Assembly: GCA_039811685.1 (NCBI GenBank)
Contig: JBDHZC010000002.1
Coordinates: forward strand, 520,371 to 584,370
Reading direction: 5' to 3'
Source of the DNA: Armatimonadota bacterium
GTDB taxonomy: Bacteria; Armatimonadota; UBA5829; DSUL01
DNA length: 64,000 bases
A program made the translations under genes and the position numbers. This document shows positions 19,857-27,969 of this stretch, piece by piece (position 1 is the first letter of the stretch; each line of letters opens with the position of its first letter). The notes under the pieces were generated by a model. The model saw only the letters and a program-made list of their open reading frames with translations. It was not told the origin of the DNA and made no database searches.

Positions 19857-21578
19857 ATGAAACCTTTCTTGACACCGATTTTCGCCTGCGCCATTGGCGC
19901 GGCTGCTCTGGCCACAGGCTGTCTGCCTGCGTTTGCGGTTACGCCCTCTGAGGTCGCGTCATCCCTGACAGTAAACGTGCGCGACTTCGGCGCGAAGGGT
20001 GACGGCCGGACTGACGATACAGGCGCCTTTGAGGCGGCGATGAAAACGCTTGCCGGGAAAGGCGGTATCGTCTCGGTTCCCGCTGGCAACTACATGATAA
20101 AGACTCACCTCACTGTGCCTGCGATGGTGACTCTGGAAGGCGTATGGCGCTCTCCGACCTCCTGGACGCAGAACAAGGGCGCCACACTTCTGGCTGTGGA
20201 AGGCGCCGGCTCCGAGGAGGGTCCCGCCTTCATCACCCTGAACGCCAACTCAACCATCAAAGGATTGACGGTCTTTTATCCAAATCAGGACCCGTCAAAA
20301 ATCGCCGCCTACCCCTGGTGCGTGCGCAACGCTCCCGGCGACAACTGCGCGATTATTGACTGCCTGCTCGTGAATCCCTACCAGGCCGTGGACTTCGGCA
20401 CAAACCCGAGCGGGCGGCACTACATTCGCAATCTGTACGGCCAACCTCTGCGGCGAGGCATTTTTGTGGACAAATGTCTTGACATCGGGCGCATTGAGAA
20501 CGTCCACTTCTGGCCCTTCTGGACATGGGAGGAAAAAACTGGCATCCGTGATTGGCTATGGAAGAACGGAGAAGCTTTTATCTTCGGGCGCACAGACTGG
20601 GAGTACGTGTTCAACACCTTCTGCTTTGGCTACCGGGTGGGTTACAGGTTCATCAAGACCAAAGACGGCGCAATGAACGGCAACCTTCTGGGTATCGCGG
20701 CTGACGCTGCCAACATTGCGGTGCTCGTGGAAGAGACCCAGCTTTTCGGGCTTCTTATCACCAACGGCGAGTTTGTAGCCATGGGCGGGCCCAAACCTAC
20801 GGAAGTAGTCGTCAAAGATACACACACGGGCACAGTACAGTTCTCAAACTGTTCCTTCTGGGGGCCGGGCTACCAGATCGCTTCTATTGCCGGCAGAGGC
20901 AACCTCACCTTCAACGCATGCAACTTTGTGGAGTGGGATACCGCCAATCAGAGCGTCCCCGCTATTGACGTCTCAGGCGGCAAGGTGACAGTGAGCGCAT
21001 CGTACTTCATGAAAGACGCGCCGCAGATGAACCTGCGCGCAGACGCCCAGAGCGCAATCTTTATGGGCAATCACGTCGCAGGCAATGTGAAAGTTACAAA
21101 CCCTGCAAGTGCGAGCCTGCAGGTGGGACTCAACGCTGAACCAAAGCGTCCAGTCGAGCAGAAAGGCGCAATTGTCGTGGACGATTCTGATGGACTGCCA
21201 GAAGTCTCGTTCACCAAGGGCTGGATTCAAACCAGGCACCCCGGAACCTATCATCTGGGCACGCACTGGGCATGGAAGGGCAGCGGCACAGAACGCGCCA
21301 CCTTCCGCCCACTCATCCCCCGCACGGGCAGCTACGACGTTTACGTCTACGTCAGCGCCGACGCCAATGAAGACCACGCCACCAACGCGCCGGTTACCGT
21401 GCGCTCCCGAGCTGGCCTCAAGACTGTACACGTTGATCTCAGCAAAGCCAAAGGCGCATGGAAGAAGATTGGAACCTTCACCTTCGCCGGTGGGCAACGC
21501 GCGGAGATAACCTTCACTAACAACGCCAACGGCAATGTGGTGGCGGACGCTGTGAAGCTGACGCCCCACTCAAAGTGA
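19857..21578 (+). CDS. Pectate lyase superfamily (Pectate_lyase_3 / GH28-related beta-helix) protein, probable lipoprotein, with an extra C-terminal roughly 110-aa beta-sandwich-like domain
   Basis: Internal ATG at 19857 after the stop of the upstream gene. N-terminus MKPFLTPIFACAIGAAALATGC has a lipobox-like LATGC. Hallmark DFGAKGDGRTDDTGAFEAAM motif. C-terminal ...YDVYVYVSADANEDHATNAPVTV...VVADAVKL. Confidence 0.75.
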   Translation: MKPFLTPIFACAIGAAALATGCLPAFAVTPSEVASSLTVNVRDFGAKGDGRTDDTGAFEAAMKTLAGKGGIVSVPAGNYMIKTHLTVPAMVTLEGVWRSPTSWTQNKGATLLAVEGAGSEEGPAFITLNANSTIKGLTVFYPNQDPSKIAAYPWCVRNAPGDNCAIIDCLLVNPYQAVDFGTNPSGRHYIRNLYGQPLRRGIFVDKCLDIGRIENVHFWPFWTWEEKTGIRDWLWKNGEAFIFGRTDWEYVFNTFCFGYRVGYRFIKTKDGAMNGNLLGIAADAANIAVLVEETQLFGLLITNGEFVAMGGPKPTEVVVKDTHTGTVQFSNCSFWGPGYQIASIAGRGNLTFNACNFVEWDTANQSVPAIDVSGGKVTVSASYFMKDAPQMNLRADAQSAIFMGNHVAGNVKVTNPASASLQVGLNAEPKRPVEQKGAIVVDDSDGLPEVSFTKGWIQTRHPGTYHLGTHWAWKGSGTERATFRPLIPRTGSYDVYVYVSADANEDHATNAPVTVRSRAGLKTVHVDLSKAKGAWKKIGTFTFAGGQRAEITFTNNANGNVVADAVKLTPHSK

Positions 21579-21608
21579 GGCGGGAGGCCCACATCGAAGC
21601 GACTTATC

Positions 21609-22697
21609 TCAGCCTTTTACGCCTGAGATAACCACACCCTGAATGAAGTAGCGCTGGGCGGCGGCGAAGAGAGCCAGAAGCGGGAGCATGACGACAGTGG
21701 CCGCCGCCATCAGCAGCTGCACATCCACCGAGTGCTCTCCCTGAAACGCATACAGCCCCAGCGCAAGCGTGCGCAGATCAGGGTTTCCCAGATAAATCAG
21801 TGGGCCGAGAAAGTCATTCCAGTGCCCCATGAAGCTGAAGATCGCTACCGTCGCTACAGCCGGCTTTATCTGGGGCAGAATCACCCGCCCGAACACCTGC
21901 GCCGTGGATGCCCCGTCAATTCTGGCCGCTTCGTCCATCTCCAGAGGGATGCTCATGAAGTACTGGCGCAAGAGAAAGACAAAAAACCCTGACGTCGCAA
22001 AAAAAGCCGGTACGGTGAGGGGCAGGAAGGTGTCGTACCACCCAAGCGTGACAAATATCTTGAAGAGCGGCACCATAGTTACCTGTGCCGGGAGCATCAT
22101 CGTCGAAAGCAAGACAATAAACAGAGCGTTGCGCCCCGGAAAGCGCAGTCGCGCGAATCCAAAGGCGACCAGGCAACAGCTTGCCACCTGCCCCACCAAC
22201 GCAAAAAAGGTGATGAGCAGCGTGTTGCGCAGATACAACAGAAAGCGGAAATTGGGCGGTGTGAGCGCCTCCGTGTAGTTCTGCCAACGGGCCCCCCATG
22301 TCTTGACCGGCGCGACGCTGTCCTCACTGAGCGTCTGCGTCTGTGCGGGAAGATATGGCAGAGTATCGGGGCGCTCCCGGCCAAGCACGGCCAGGCGCAG
22401 CTTTCCCGCCGGCAGCCGCTCAAGCATCGCGAGATACAGCGGCTTGTCACCGGAAGTGCGATAGACCGGATACTCGGATTTTCCCACCTTCACAACGACC
22501 TGACGCCTCGGAATCCACTCGATGTTGCGGCTGAAGATCTGATCTTTGTCCTTCAGCGATGTGGACAGCATAAAGGCAAAGGGAATCAGGAACACTGCTG
22601 TGCCCGCAAGCAGCAGGGCGTAAGCCACCGCGCGTCCGCGCGCCTCACTTCTGCGGCGGCTGGCGTAAAGACTTCCATGCGCTGGAGCCGCGCTCAT
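21609..22697 (-). CDS. Carbohydrate ABC transporter permease (MalG/UgpE-type) with an unusually long insertion after TM1
   Basis: EAA loop AARIDGAS, six TM segments and a conserved C-terminal ...QRYFIQG. About 95 aa of extra periplasmic sequence lie between the first two TM helices. Confidence 0.9.
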   Translation of the reverse strand: MSAAPAHGSLYASRRRSEARGRAVAYALLLAGTAVFLIPFAFMLSTSLKDKDQIFSRNIEWIPRRQVVVKVGKSEYPVYRTSGDKPLYLAMLERLPAGKLRLAVLGRERPDTLPYLPAQTQTLSEDSVAPVKTWGARWQNYTEALTPPNFRFLLYLRNTLLITFFALVGQVASCCLVAFGFARLRFPGRNALFIVLLSTMMLPAQVTMVPLFKIFVTLGWYDTFLPLTVPAFFATSGFFVFLLRQYFMSIPLEMDEAARIDGASTAQVFGRVILPQIKPAVATVAIFSFMGHWNDFLGPLIYLGNPDLRTLALGLYAFQGEHSVDVQLLMAAATVVMLPLLALFAAAQRYFIQGVVISGVKG

Positions 22698-23644
22698 CCC
22701 CGCGCCCTCTCACCCTCGTAGTACACCCAGCGTTTGCTTGTCCCGAATACTACCAGCGTCAGCGCCAGAATCACCAGAAAAAGAATCCACGCCATCGCGC
22801 AGGCGTAACCCATGCTGAAATACTGAAACGCCTTCTGGTACAGATAGAGCACGTAAAACAGAGTGCTGTAGGCGGGGCTTCCCGCGCCGCCAGTGATGAC
22901 GAAAGCGCTGACAAATACCTGAAAGCTGGCGATGATCCCCATGACGACATTGAAGAAGATAGTGGGGCTGATCATGGGAAGCGTCACGTTAACGAACTTG
23001 CCCCACGCCGCCGCCCCGTCCAGCTCCGCCGCTTCGTAAAGCTGCGTCGGCACACTCTGCAGGCCCGCCAGGTAGATGATCATTCCAGCGCCCGCGCCCC
23101 AGAGACTCATGATCACGAAAGCCGGGATCGCCCACTCCGGACTTGTGAGCCACTGCGGACCGTGAATGCCAAACTTCGCCAGAATCAGATTGATGATGCC
23201 GGAGTCCGGGTTGAAAATCCACTTCCACAGCATAGCCACGGCCACTCCAGGCAGAATGGCAGGCAGATAGAAGATGGCGCGGAAGAATGTGAGCCCCTTG
23301 ACACGCTGATTTAGCAGGACGGCGATAGACAGCGACGTGATCACGCCGATGGGCAGCGACATGGCTGTGTACTTCATCGTAACGCCCAGGGACTTGACGA
23401 AGCGGAAGTCGTGCCCGAACATCTGGCGATAGTTGTCCAGCCCGACAAAGCGCGGCGGATTGAGCATGTCCCAGTCGCACAGGCTCACGTAGAGGGAGAA
23501 CAGCATCGGCCCAAGCGTAAAGACCAGAAAGCCGATAATCCAGGGAGCTATGAAGATATAGCCGTCAATAGCCTCGCGCCGGGAGAGCGACCACTTGCGC
23601 CTTCCAGCGGCAGAAGGTGGAGAAGAGCTCACTGAGCCTCGCAC
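22694..23644 (-). CDS. Carbohydrate ABC transporter permease (MalF/UgpA-type)
   Basis: Typical MalF-like TM topology and EAA-like loop (YEAAELDGAAAWGKF). Overlaps the downstream permease by 4 nt. Confidence 0.9.
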   Translation of the reverse strand: MRGSVSSSPPSAAGRRKWSLSRREAIDGYIFIAPWIIGFLVFTLGPMLFSLYVSLCDWDMLNPPRFVGLDNYRQMFGHDFRFVKSLGVTMKYTAMSLPIGVITSLSIAVLLNQRVKGLTFFRAIFYLPAILPGVAVAMLWKWIFNPDSGIINLILAKFGIHGPQWLTSPEWAIPAFVIMSLWGAGAGMIIYLAGLQSVPTQLYEAAELDGAAAWGKFVNVTLPMISPTIFFNVVMGIIASFQVFVSAFVITGGAGSPAYSTLFYVLYLYQKAFQYFSMGYACAMAWILFLVILALTLVVFGTSKRWVYYEGERARG

Positions 23645-24480
23645 GCAGTGGCGGGAGCAGACGAAAAACTCATGCGCCGCGCTCCCCAGTAGCGATCCAG
23701 AAACTCCCCTTCAAAGAGCTTCGAGATGATAACGCCCCAGCTTCCGCCGTTGGAGTGAATGAACTCACCATTTCCGATGTACATCCCGACATGCGTTATG
23801 CGCTCTTTCACCGTGTCACCCAATCGCGCGAAGAAGACCAGATCTCCCTCGCGAAGCTGCTCCGGCTCTAGGGGTTGGGCTCGTTCGTCCTGCGCCTGAA
23901 TCCCCGCGTCCCGCAGAAGCTGGCAGCCGCACATCCGGTGGCACATCTGCACAAAGCCGCTGCAGTCTATGCCAAACGGTGTCGTGCCGCCCCATAGATA
24001 TGGCGTGCCAATGAACTTTTTCGCATGGTTTACGAGCACATCTCCTCGCGGTTTGCACGGCAGCGGCGTAGAGTCCTGCCGCAGATCTACATCTTTTGCG
24101 CGTACCCATCCACTTTGTCCGTCAGGGAGCTTCAGCTCCACCAGATCGGAAGTGACCTCGCCCGTCTCCACCTCTGTTGTCACCACCAGCTTGGTAAGAA
24201 TAGGGGCAAAAGCTTTCGGCTCGGCGCGAACGTCCACAATCAACGGCTTCACACGCGCGTAGGCTGAGCGGGGATAGCCCTCGCGCTCCAGAGGACGGAC
24301 AAAGTGGCTGCGCAGCCAGCCTGTATAGCTGTCCCAGAGGCGCACATGCGACCACTCACCCTGTTCTTCGAGCAGCCAGGCCGGCTGACCCATGATCGCC
24401 TGCGTAACAAGCTCCGTTTCTCCAGAGGGTTCAAGGTGAACGTTGACGACGTTCTTGGCGATAACCAGCGGCTGATTCAT
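23629..24480 (-). CDS. NlpC/P60 (C40) family peptidase with N-terminal SH3b-like domains (gamma-D-glutamyl-L-diamino acid endopeptidase-like)
   Basis: Catalytic Cys motif GTPYLWGGTTPFGIDCSGFVQ, His in HVGMYIGNGEFIHS. N-terminal W/G-rich SH3b repeats (GWLRSHFV, GWVRAKDV). Confidence 0.85.
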   Translation of the reverse strand: MNQPLVIAKNVVNVHLEPSGETELVTQAIMGQPAWLLEEQGEWSHVRLWDSYTGWLRSHFVRPLEREGYPRSAYARVKPLIVDVRAEPKAFAPILTKLVVTTEVETGEVTSDLVELKLPDGQSGWVRAKDVDLRQDSTPLPCKPRGDVLVNHAKKFIGTPYLWGGTTPFGIDCSGFVQMCHRMCGCQLLRDAGIQAQDERAQPLEPEQLREGDLVFFARLGDTVKERITHVGMYIGNGEFIHSNGGSWGVIISKLFEGEFLDRYWGARRMSFSSAPATACEAQ

Positions 24481-24495
24481 AGGCGCAGTCAGACC

Positions 24496-25275
24496 TCAGT
24501 ATCCTGGCGGGGCGTCTGGCCGGCACCAGTAAGCGCTGAACAGCCAGGTCTCGGTGGTGGGAGCGTCTTTGGGATAGCGTATCTCCTGAAAAGTGAGGTT
24601 GCGAGCGTGCCCGTCGAAGAAACCGATATTCCACGATGCGTCCGGGAAGCGCCGCGTGTGCCACTGAGAGTTCCATGCCTTCTCACTGTCCGGGCCGTTA
24701 CTGGACGTCTGCCACACATCAAACACCACCATCGCCTTGGTGAGATCGCGCGCCTGATCCATCTTGCACGGCTTGAGAACGCCACGGGGATAATACGTGT
24801 TGCTGTAGTTGGTCACATAGCTGGAGCCGTACGCCTTGTAGCAGTTCTTGACTTTGCTGCCTGCGGCGCCGTTCGGGCCACCTGTGCGCCAGGTCATCCC
24901 CTTGTCAGACGGACAGCGCCACAATTCAGCGCTCTTGGTGTAGTCCTTCAACAGCACCCAGATGTAGCGGCCCGGATTGATGCCAGGCTCCCCCTGGTGT
25001 CCGTTGACATCTTCGAAATCACAGCACGATGGCCAGAACCCGTTGTAGTCGTTGGCGTACTGCATGACTGCCCGCGTAATCTGACCCACGTTACTCAGGC
25101 AGGCGACTGTGCGGCTTCGCTCCCGGGCCTGCGCAAAAACGGGAAAGAGGATAGCCGCCAGAATAGCGATGATGGCAATCACGACCAGAAGCTCAATGAG
25201 CGTAAAGCCGCGCAGGCCAGAGCGCCTTTTCACGACGGACTTTTCAGTGTTGATTTTGGATTCACGGAGCGACAT
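24496..25275 (-). CDS. Prepilin-type N-terminal cleavage/methylation domain protein, DUF1559 (H-x9-DG) pseudopilin-like family
   Basis: [25 protein letters not shown] class-III signal, then a DUF1559-like body with C-terminal FFDGHARNL. Start chosen at ATG 25275 (23-aa leader). An alternative upstream ATG at 25341 has a GGAGG RBS supplied by the tandem repeat. Confidence 0.8.
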   Translation of the reverse strand: MSLRESKINTEKSVVKRRSGLRGFTLIELLVVIAIIAILAAILFPVFAQARERSRTVACLSNVGQITRAVMQYANDYNGFWPSCCDFEDVNGHQGEPGINPGRYIWVLLKDYTKSAELWRCPSDKGMTWRTGGPNGAAGSKVKNCYKAYGSSYVTNYSNTYYPRGVLKPCKMDQARDLTKAMVVFDVWQTSSNGPDSEKAWNSQWHTRRFPDASWNIGFFDGHARNLTFQEIRYPKDAPTTETWLFSAYWCRPDAPPGY

Positions 25276-25343
25276 GTCAGTAGAAGCCTCCCAGTTGGAC
25301 TCCGGCGTCTGAGGCACGGTGAGGCGAACGGCGTGATTCATTC

Positions 25344-25438
25344 TGCCTCCGGCAGTTTGCCTCCGGCAGTTTGCCTCCGGCAGTTTGCCTGAGGCAGTTT
25401 GCCTAGGCAGAATGCCTAAGCAGTTGCCTGCAGCCATT
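25344..25438 (-). repeat. 14-bp tandem repeat (3 perfect plus 4 degenerate units) in the 5' leader of the pseudopilin gene. Each unit carries a GGAGG Shine-Dalgarno-like core on the coding strand.
   Basis: Plus strand: tgcctccggcagtt x3 (25344-25385), then tgcctgaggcagtt, tgcctaggcagaa, tgcctaagcagtt, gcctgcagccatt. On the minus strand the unit reads aactgccGGAGGca. Unit length is not a multiple of 3. Confidence 0.8.
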
Positions 25439-25749
25439 GGCCTACCGCAATAATATCATCCACAACACAACCTGAGCAAGCATTTTGCGGAAACGATTAC
25501 ATCTACCTGCTGGATAAGGTATTTTACTCGAACCGGAGCAGGCCTGGCTGCCGCCTGTAGCCTCCAGCGCTGTTCATGGCGTCAAGACTACAAAAGCACG
25601 ACGTATAGAGTGACAAAACAGGGCGCGGCGCTGGCGTCCGGAGGCAAGAGGTGACCGCAGACCCAAACGGGAGATTGCAGAGCTGAGAAGTGGCGGATGG
25701 GCTTCCGCGTCATCTCTGTCCCAACCTTTTCGACCGCGATAGTCCACTT

Positions 25750-25780
25750 TTGGCATCAGTTCGCGGCCTTTGGCTATACT
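25750..25780 (+). promoter_or_regulatory. Candidate sigma70-like promoter (TTGGCA-19 nt-TATACT) 13 nt upstream of the M14 peptidase ATG
   Basis: Hexamers read directly. The 19-nt spacing is longer than optimal, so confidence is low. Confidence 0.3.
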
Positions 25781-25792
25781 TTCTGATAGAAG

Positions 25793-26596
25793 ATGGAGAA
25801 ACAGCGCTCATACGAGAAGCTCATTGAACGCTACGCAGAAACCGCGAGAACTGCTGGCGCACAGATAACAGATATCGGAAAAATCCAGTCGGATATCGGT
25901 GAGTACACCCTCTACAGAATGCATCTGCGCTGCGGGGAGGGCAAGCAGCGGCTGTGTATATCCACAGGAATGCATGGAGATGAACCGGCCGGGCCGGAAA
26001 GCCTGCTGAAGATCATCGCCAGGCTGGGTGAGCTGCGGGATAGCCTCAACGCCGACTTTCTATTCTTTCCCTGCGACAACCCCAGTGGGTACGAGCTCAA
26101 CACCCGGGAGAACTGGCAGGGGCTGGACCTCAACCGCGAATTCGTCCAGGAGAAGCAGGCTGCGGAGATAGCTATCGTCGAAAACGATCTGCGCGGGCGG
26201 GCGTTCGACTTCACGCTGGACCTGCACGAGGACGTGGACACGTACGGGATGTATCTCTACGAACGGGCGCGCAAAGGGTACAGATCTGTCGCTGATTCGA
26301 TGATCGCCGAGTTACGCGCCAGAGACTATCCCATTCACGAGGCGGACTGGATTGAGGGATTGCCAGCTTCAGGGGGCATCATCTGGCCAAGCGGCCGCCT
26401 GCGCAAGTGCGCGCTGCCAAAAGCCGTGTTTCTCTGGCAGAACGGAAGCCCTCACCTCGTCACCACGGAAAGCCCGGGCAAGCTGGAGCTGTCCACGCGC
26501 GTCGAAATGCAGATGATCTGCTTTGACGTGGTGTTGAAGCGTCTGCTGGCGGAGGAGTTCGCGGCCGCTCCGGTTCCCAGCGCAGCAGATCGCTGA
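25793..26596 (+). CDS. M14-like zinc carboxypeptidase / succinylglutamate desuccinylase-aspartoacylase superfamily protein
   Basis: Zinc-binding motifs HGDEPAG and DLHE, and NPSGY. Confidence 0.75.
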   Translation: MEKQRSYEKLIERYAETARTAGAQITDIGKIQSDIGEYTLYRMHLRCGEGKQRLCISTGMHGDEPAGPESLLKIIARLGELRDSLNADFLFFPCDNPSGYELNTRENWQGLDLNREFVQEKQAAEIAIVENDLRGRAFDFTLDLHEDVDTYGMYLYERARKGYRSVADSMIAELRARDYPIHEADWIEGLPASGGIIWPSGRLRKCALPKAVFLWQNGSPHLVTTESPGKLELSTRVEMQMICFDVVLKRLLAEEFAAAPVPSAADR

Positions 26597-26691
26597 TTCT
26601 CACCTGTCCTCCGCGCCTGCGCTCTTTTCCAGCTATACTCCCTCGTGGCCCGGGCGCTCCCTTTACCAGCGCCTTCTGAAAGGATACAGCC

Positions 26692-27849
26692 TTGAGTTCC
26701 ATCCCACATGGCGGACAGCTTGTCAACCTGCTTGCCTCTTCCGAGGAAGCCCGCGAACTGACGCGAGAAGCTGAGACTCTCAAGAAGCTCACTCTTGGTC
26801 TGCGCGATTATTCTGACGTCGAAATGCTCGGCATCGGTGCGTTCAGCCCGTTGACCGGTTTCATGAAGCGCGACGACTACGAGAGCTCCCGCAGCCACAT
26901 GCGCCTGATGAACGGGCTGCCCTGGGGGATTCCGATTACGCTTTCGGTGGACAAAGGCGAGGTCAGCGAAGGCGAGCGCGTCGCCCTCCACGCTCCAGAC
27001 GGCTCCCTGGCGGCGGTCTTTGACGCTGAGGAAATCTTTGCGTACGACAAGAAGCAGGAAGCCCGCGAAGTGTTCAAGACAGAAGAAGAGGCGCATCCCG
27101 GCGTAGCAGCGCTCTACGCGCAGAAAGAGTTGCTGGCCGGCGGCTCCCTTAAGCTGGTGACCCCACCTCGCCACGGCAGCTTTCCCGGTTATCGCCTCAC
27201 CCCAACCCAGACCCGCGCCGCCTTTGACGAGCGCGGCTGGAAGACAATCGTCGGTTTTCAGACGCGCAACCCGGTACACCGGGCGCATGAATATCTGCTG
27301 AAATGCGCGCTTGAGATCGTGGACGGACTGCTGCTGCACCCGCTGGTTGGCGAGACCAAGTCCGACGACATTCCCGCCGACACTCGAATGAAATGTTACG
27401 AAGTTCTACTGGCGGACTATTTCCCTTCCGAGCGCGTTCTGCTGTCCGTAATGCCGGCGGCTATGCGCTACGGTGGTCCGCGTGAAGCTATCCTCCACTG
27501 TATCATCCGCAAGAACTACGGCTGCACCCACTTTATCGTCGGACGGGATCACGCTGGCGTGGGCAACTACTACGGTACGTACGAAGCGCAGGAGATATTC
27601 AACAACTTCAGCGCAGAGGACATCGGCATTACGCTGCTGAAGTTCGAACACTCCTTCTGGTGCAATCGTTGCGAGGGTATGGCTTCAACGAAGTCCTGCC
27701 CGCACGGCCCGGAGGACCGGGTCAGCCTTTCTGGAACGAAAGTGCGGGAAATGCTCGCTAATGGACAGCGTCCGCCCAGGGAGTTTTCCAGGCCGGAAGT
27801 CGCTGACGTGCTGATTGAGGCGACCCGGCGAGTCGTATCCGATCAGTGA
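26692..27849 (+). CDS. sat: Sulfate adenylyltransferase (ATP sulfurylase)
   Basis: [11 protein letters not shown] and GRDHAG motifs, HGGQLVNL N-terminus. TTG start with AAGGA RBS at 7-nt spacing. Confidence 0.9.
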   Translation: MSSIPHGGQLVNLLASSEEARELTREAETLKKLTLGLRDYSDVEMLGIGAFSPLTGFMKRDDYESSRSHMRLMNGLPWGIPITLSVDKGEVSEGERVALHAPDGSLAAVFDAEEIFAYDKKQEAREVFKTEEEAHPGVAALYAQKELLAGGSLKLVTPPRHGSFPGYRLTPTQTRAAFDERGWKTIVGFQTRNPVHRAHEYLLKCALEIVDGLLLHPLVGETKSDDIPADTRMKCYEVLLADYFPSERVLLSVMPAAMRYGGPREAILHCIIRKNYGCTHFIVGRDHAGVGNYYGTYEAQEIFNNFSAEDIGITLLKFEHSFWCNRCEGMASTKSCPHGPEDRVSLSGTKVREMLANGQRPPREFSRPEVADVLIEATRRVVSDQ

Positions 27850-27944
27850 GTTCGTAGTCTGCGCTTTCTGGGCAGGCTGTCGCGGCAGTTGGGAGATAGT
27901 GGGGGCGCAACAGGAGGGACTTTCTTTACGTCAAACTTTCGCAT

Positions 27945-27950
27945 ATAATC
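27945..27950 (+). promoter_or_regulatory. Perfect TATAAT -10 hexamer about 20 nt upstream of the TTG start of the large hydrolase-like gene
   Basis: Sequence gcaTATAATccg. There is no good -35 element at canonical spacing. Confidence 0.25.
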
Positions 27951-27969
27951 CGTCGCGATAAGATTACAA

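Noticed and set aside
24304-25392. 362-aa plus-strand ORF
   Set aside because: Antisense to the NlpC/P60 and DUF1559 genes. No motifs, Arg-rich.
26452-27339. 295-aa minus-strand ORF
   Set aside because: Antisense to sat (ATP sulfurylase), which carries diagnostic [17 protein letters not shown] motifs on the plus strand.
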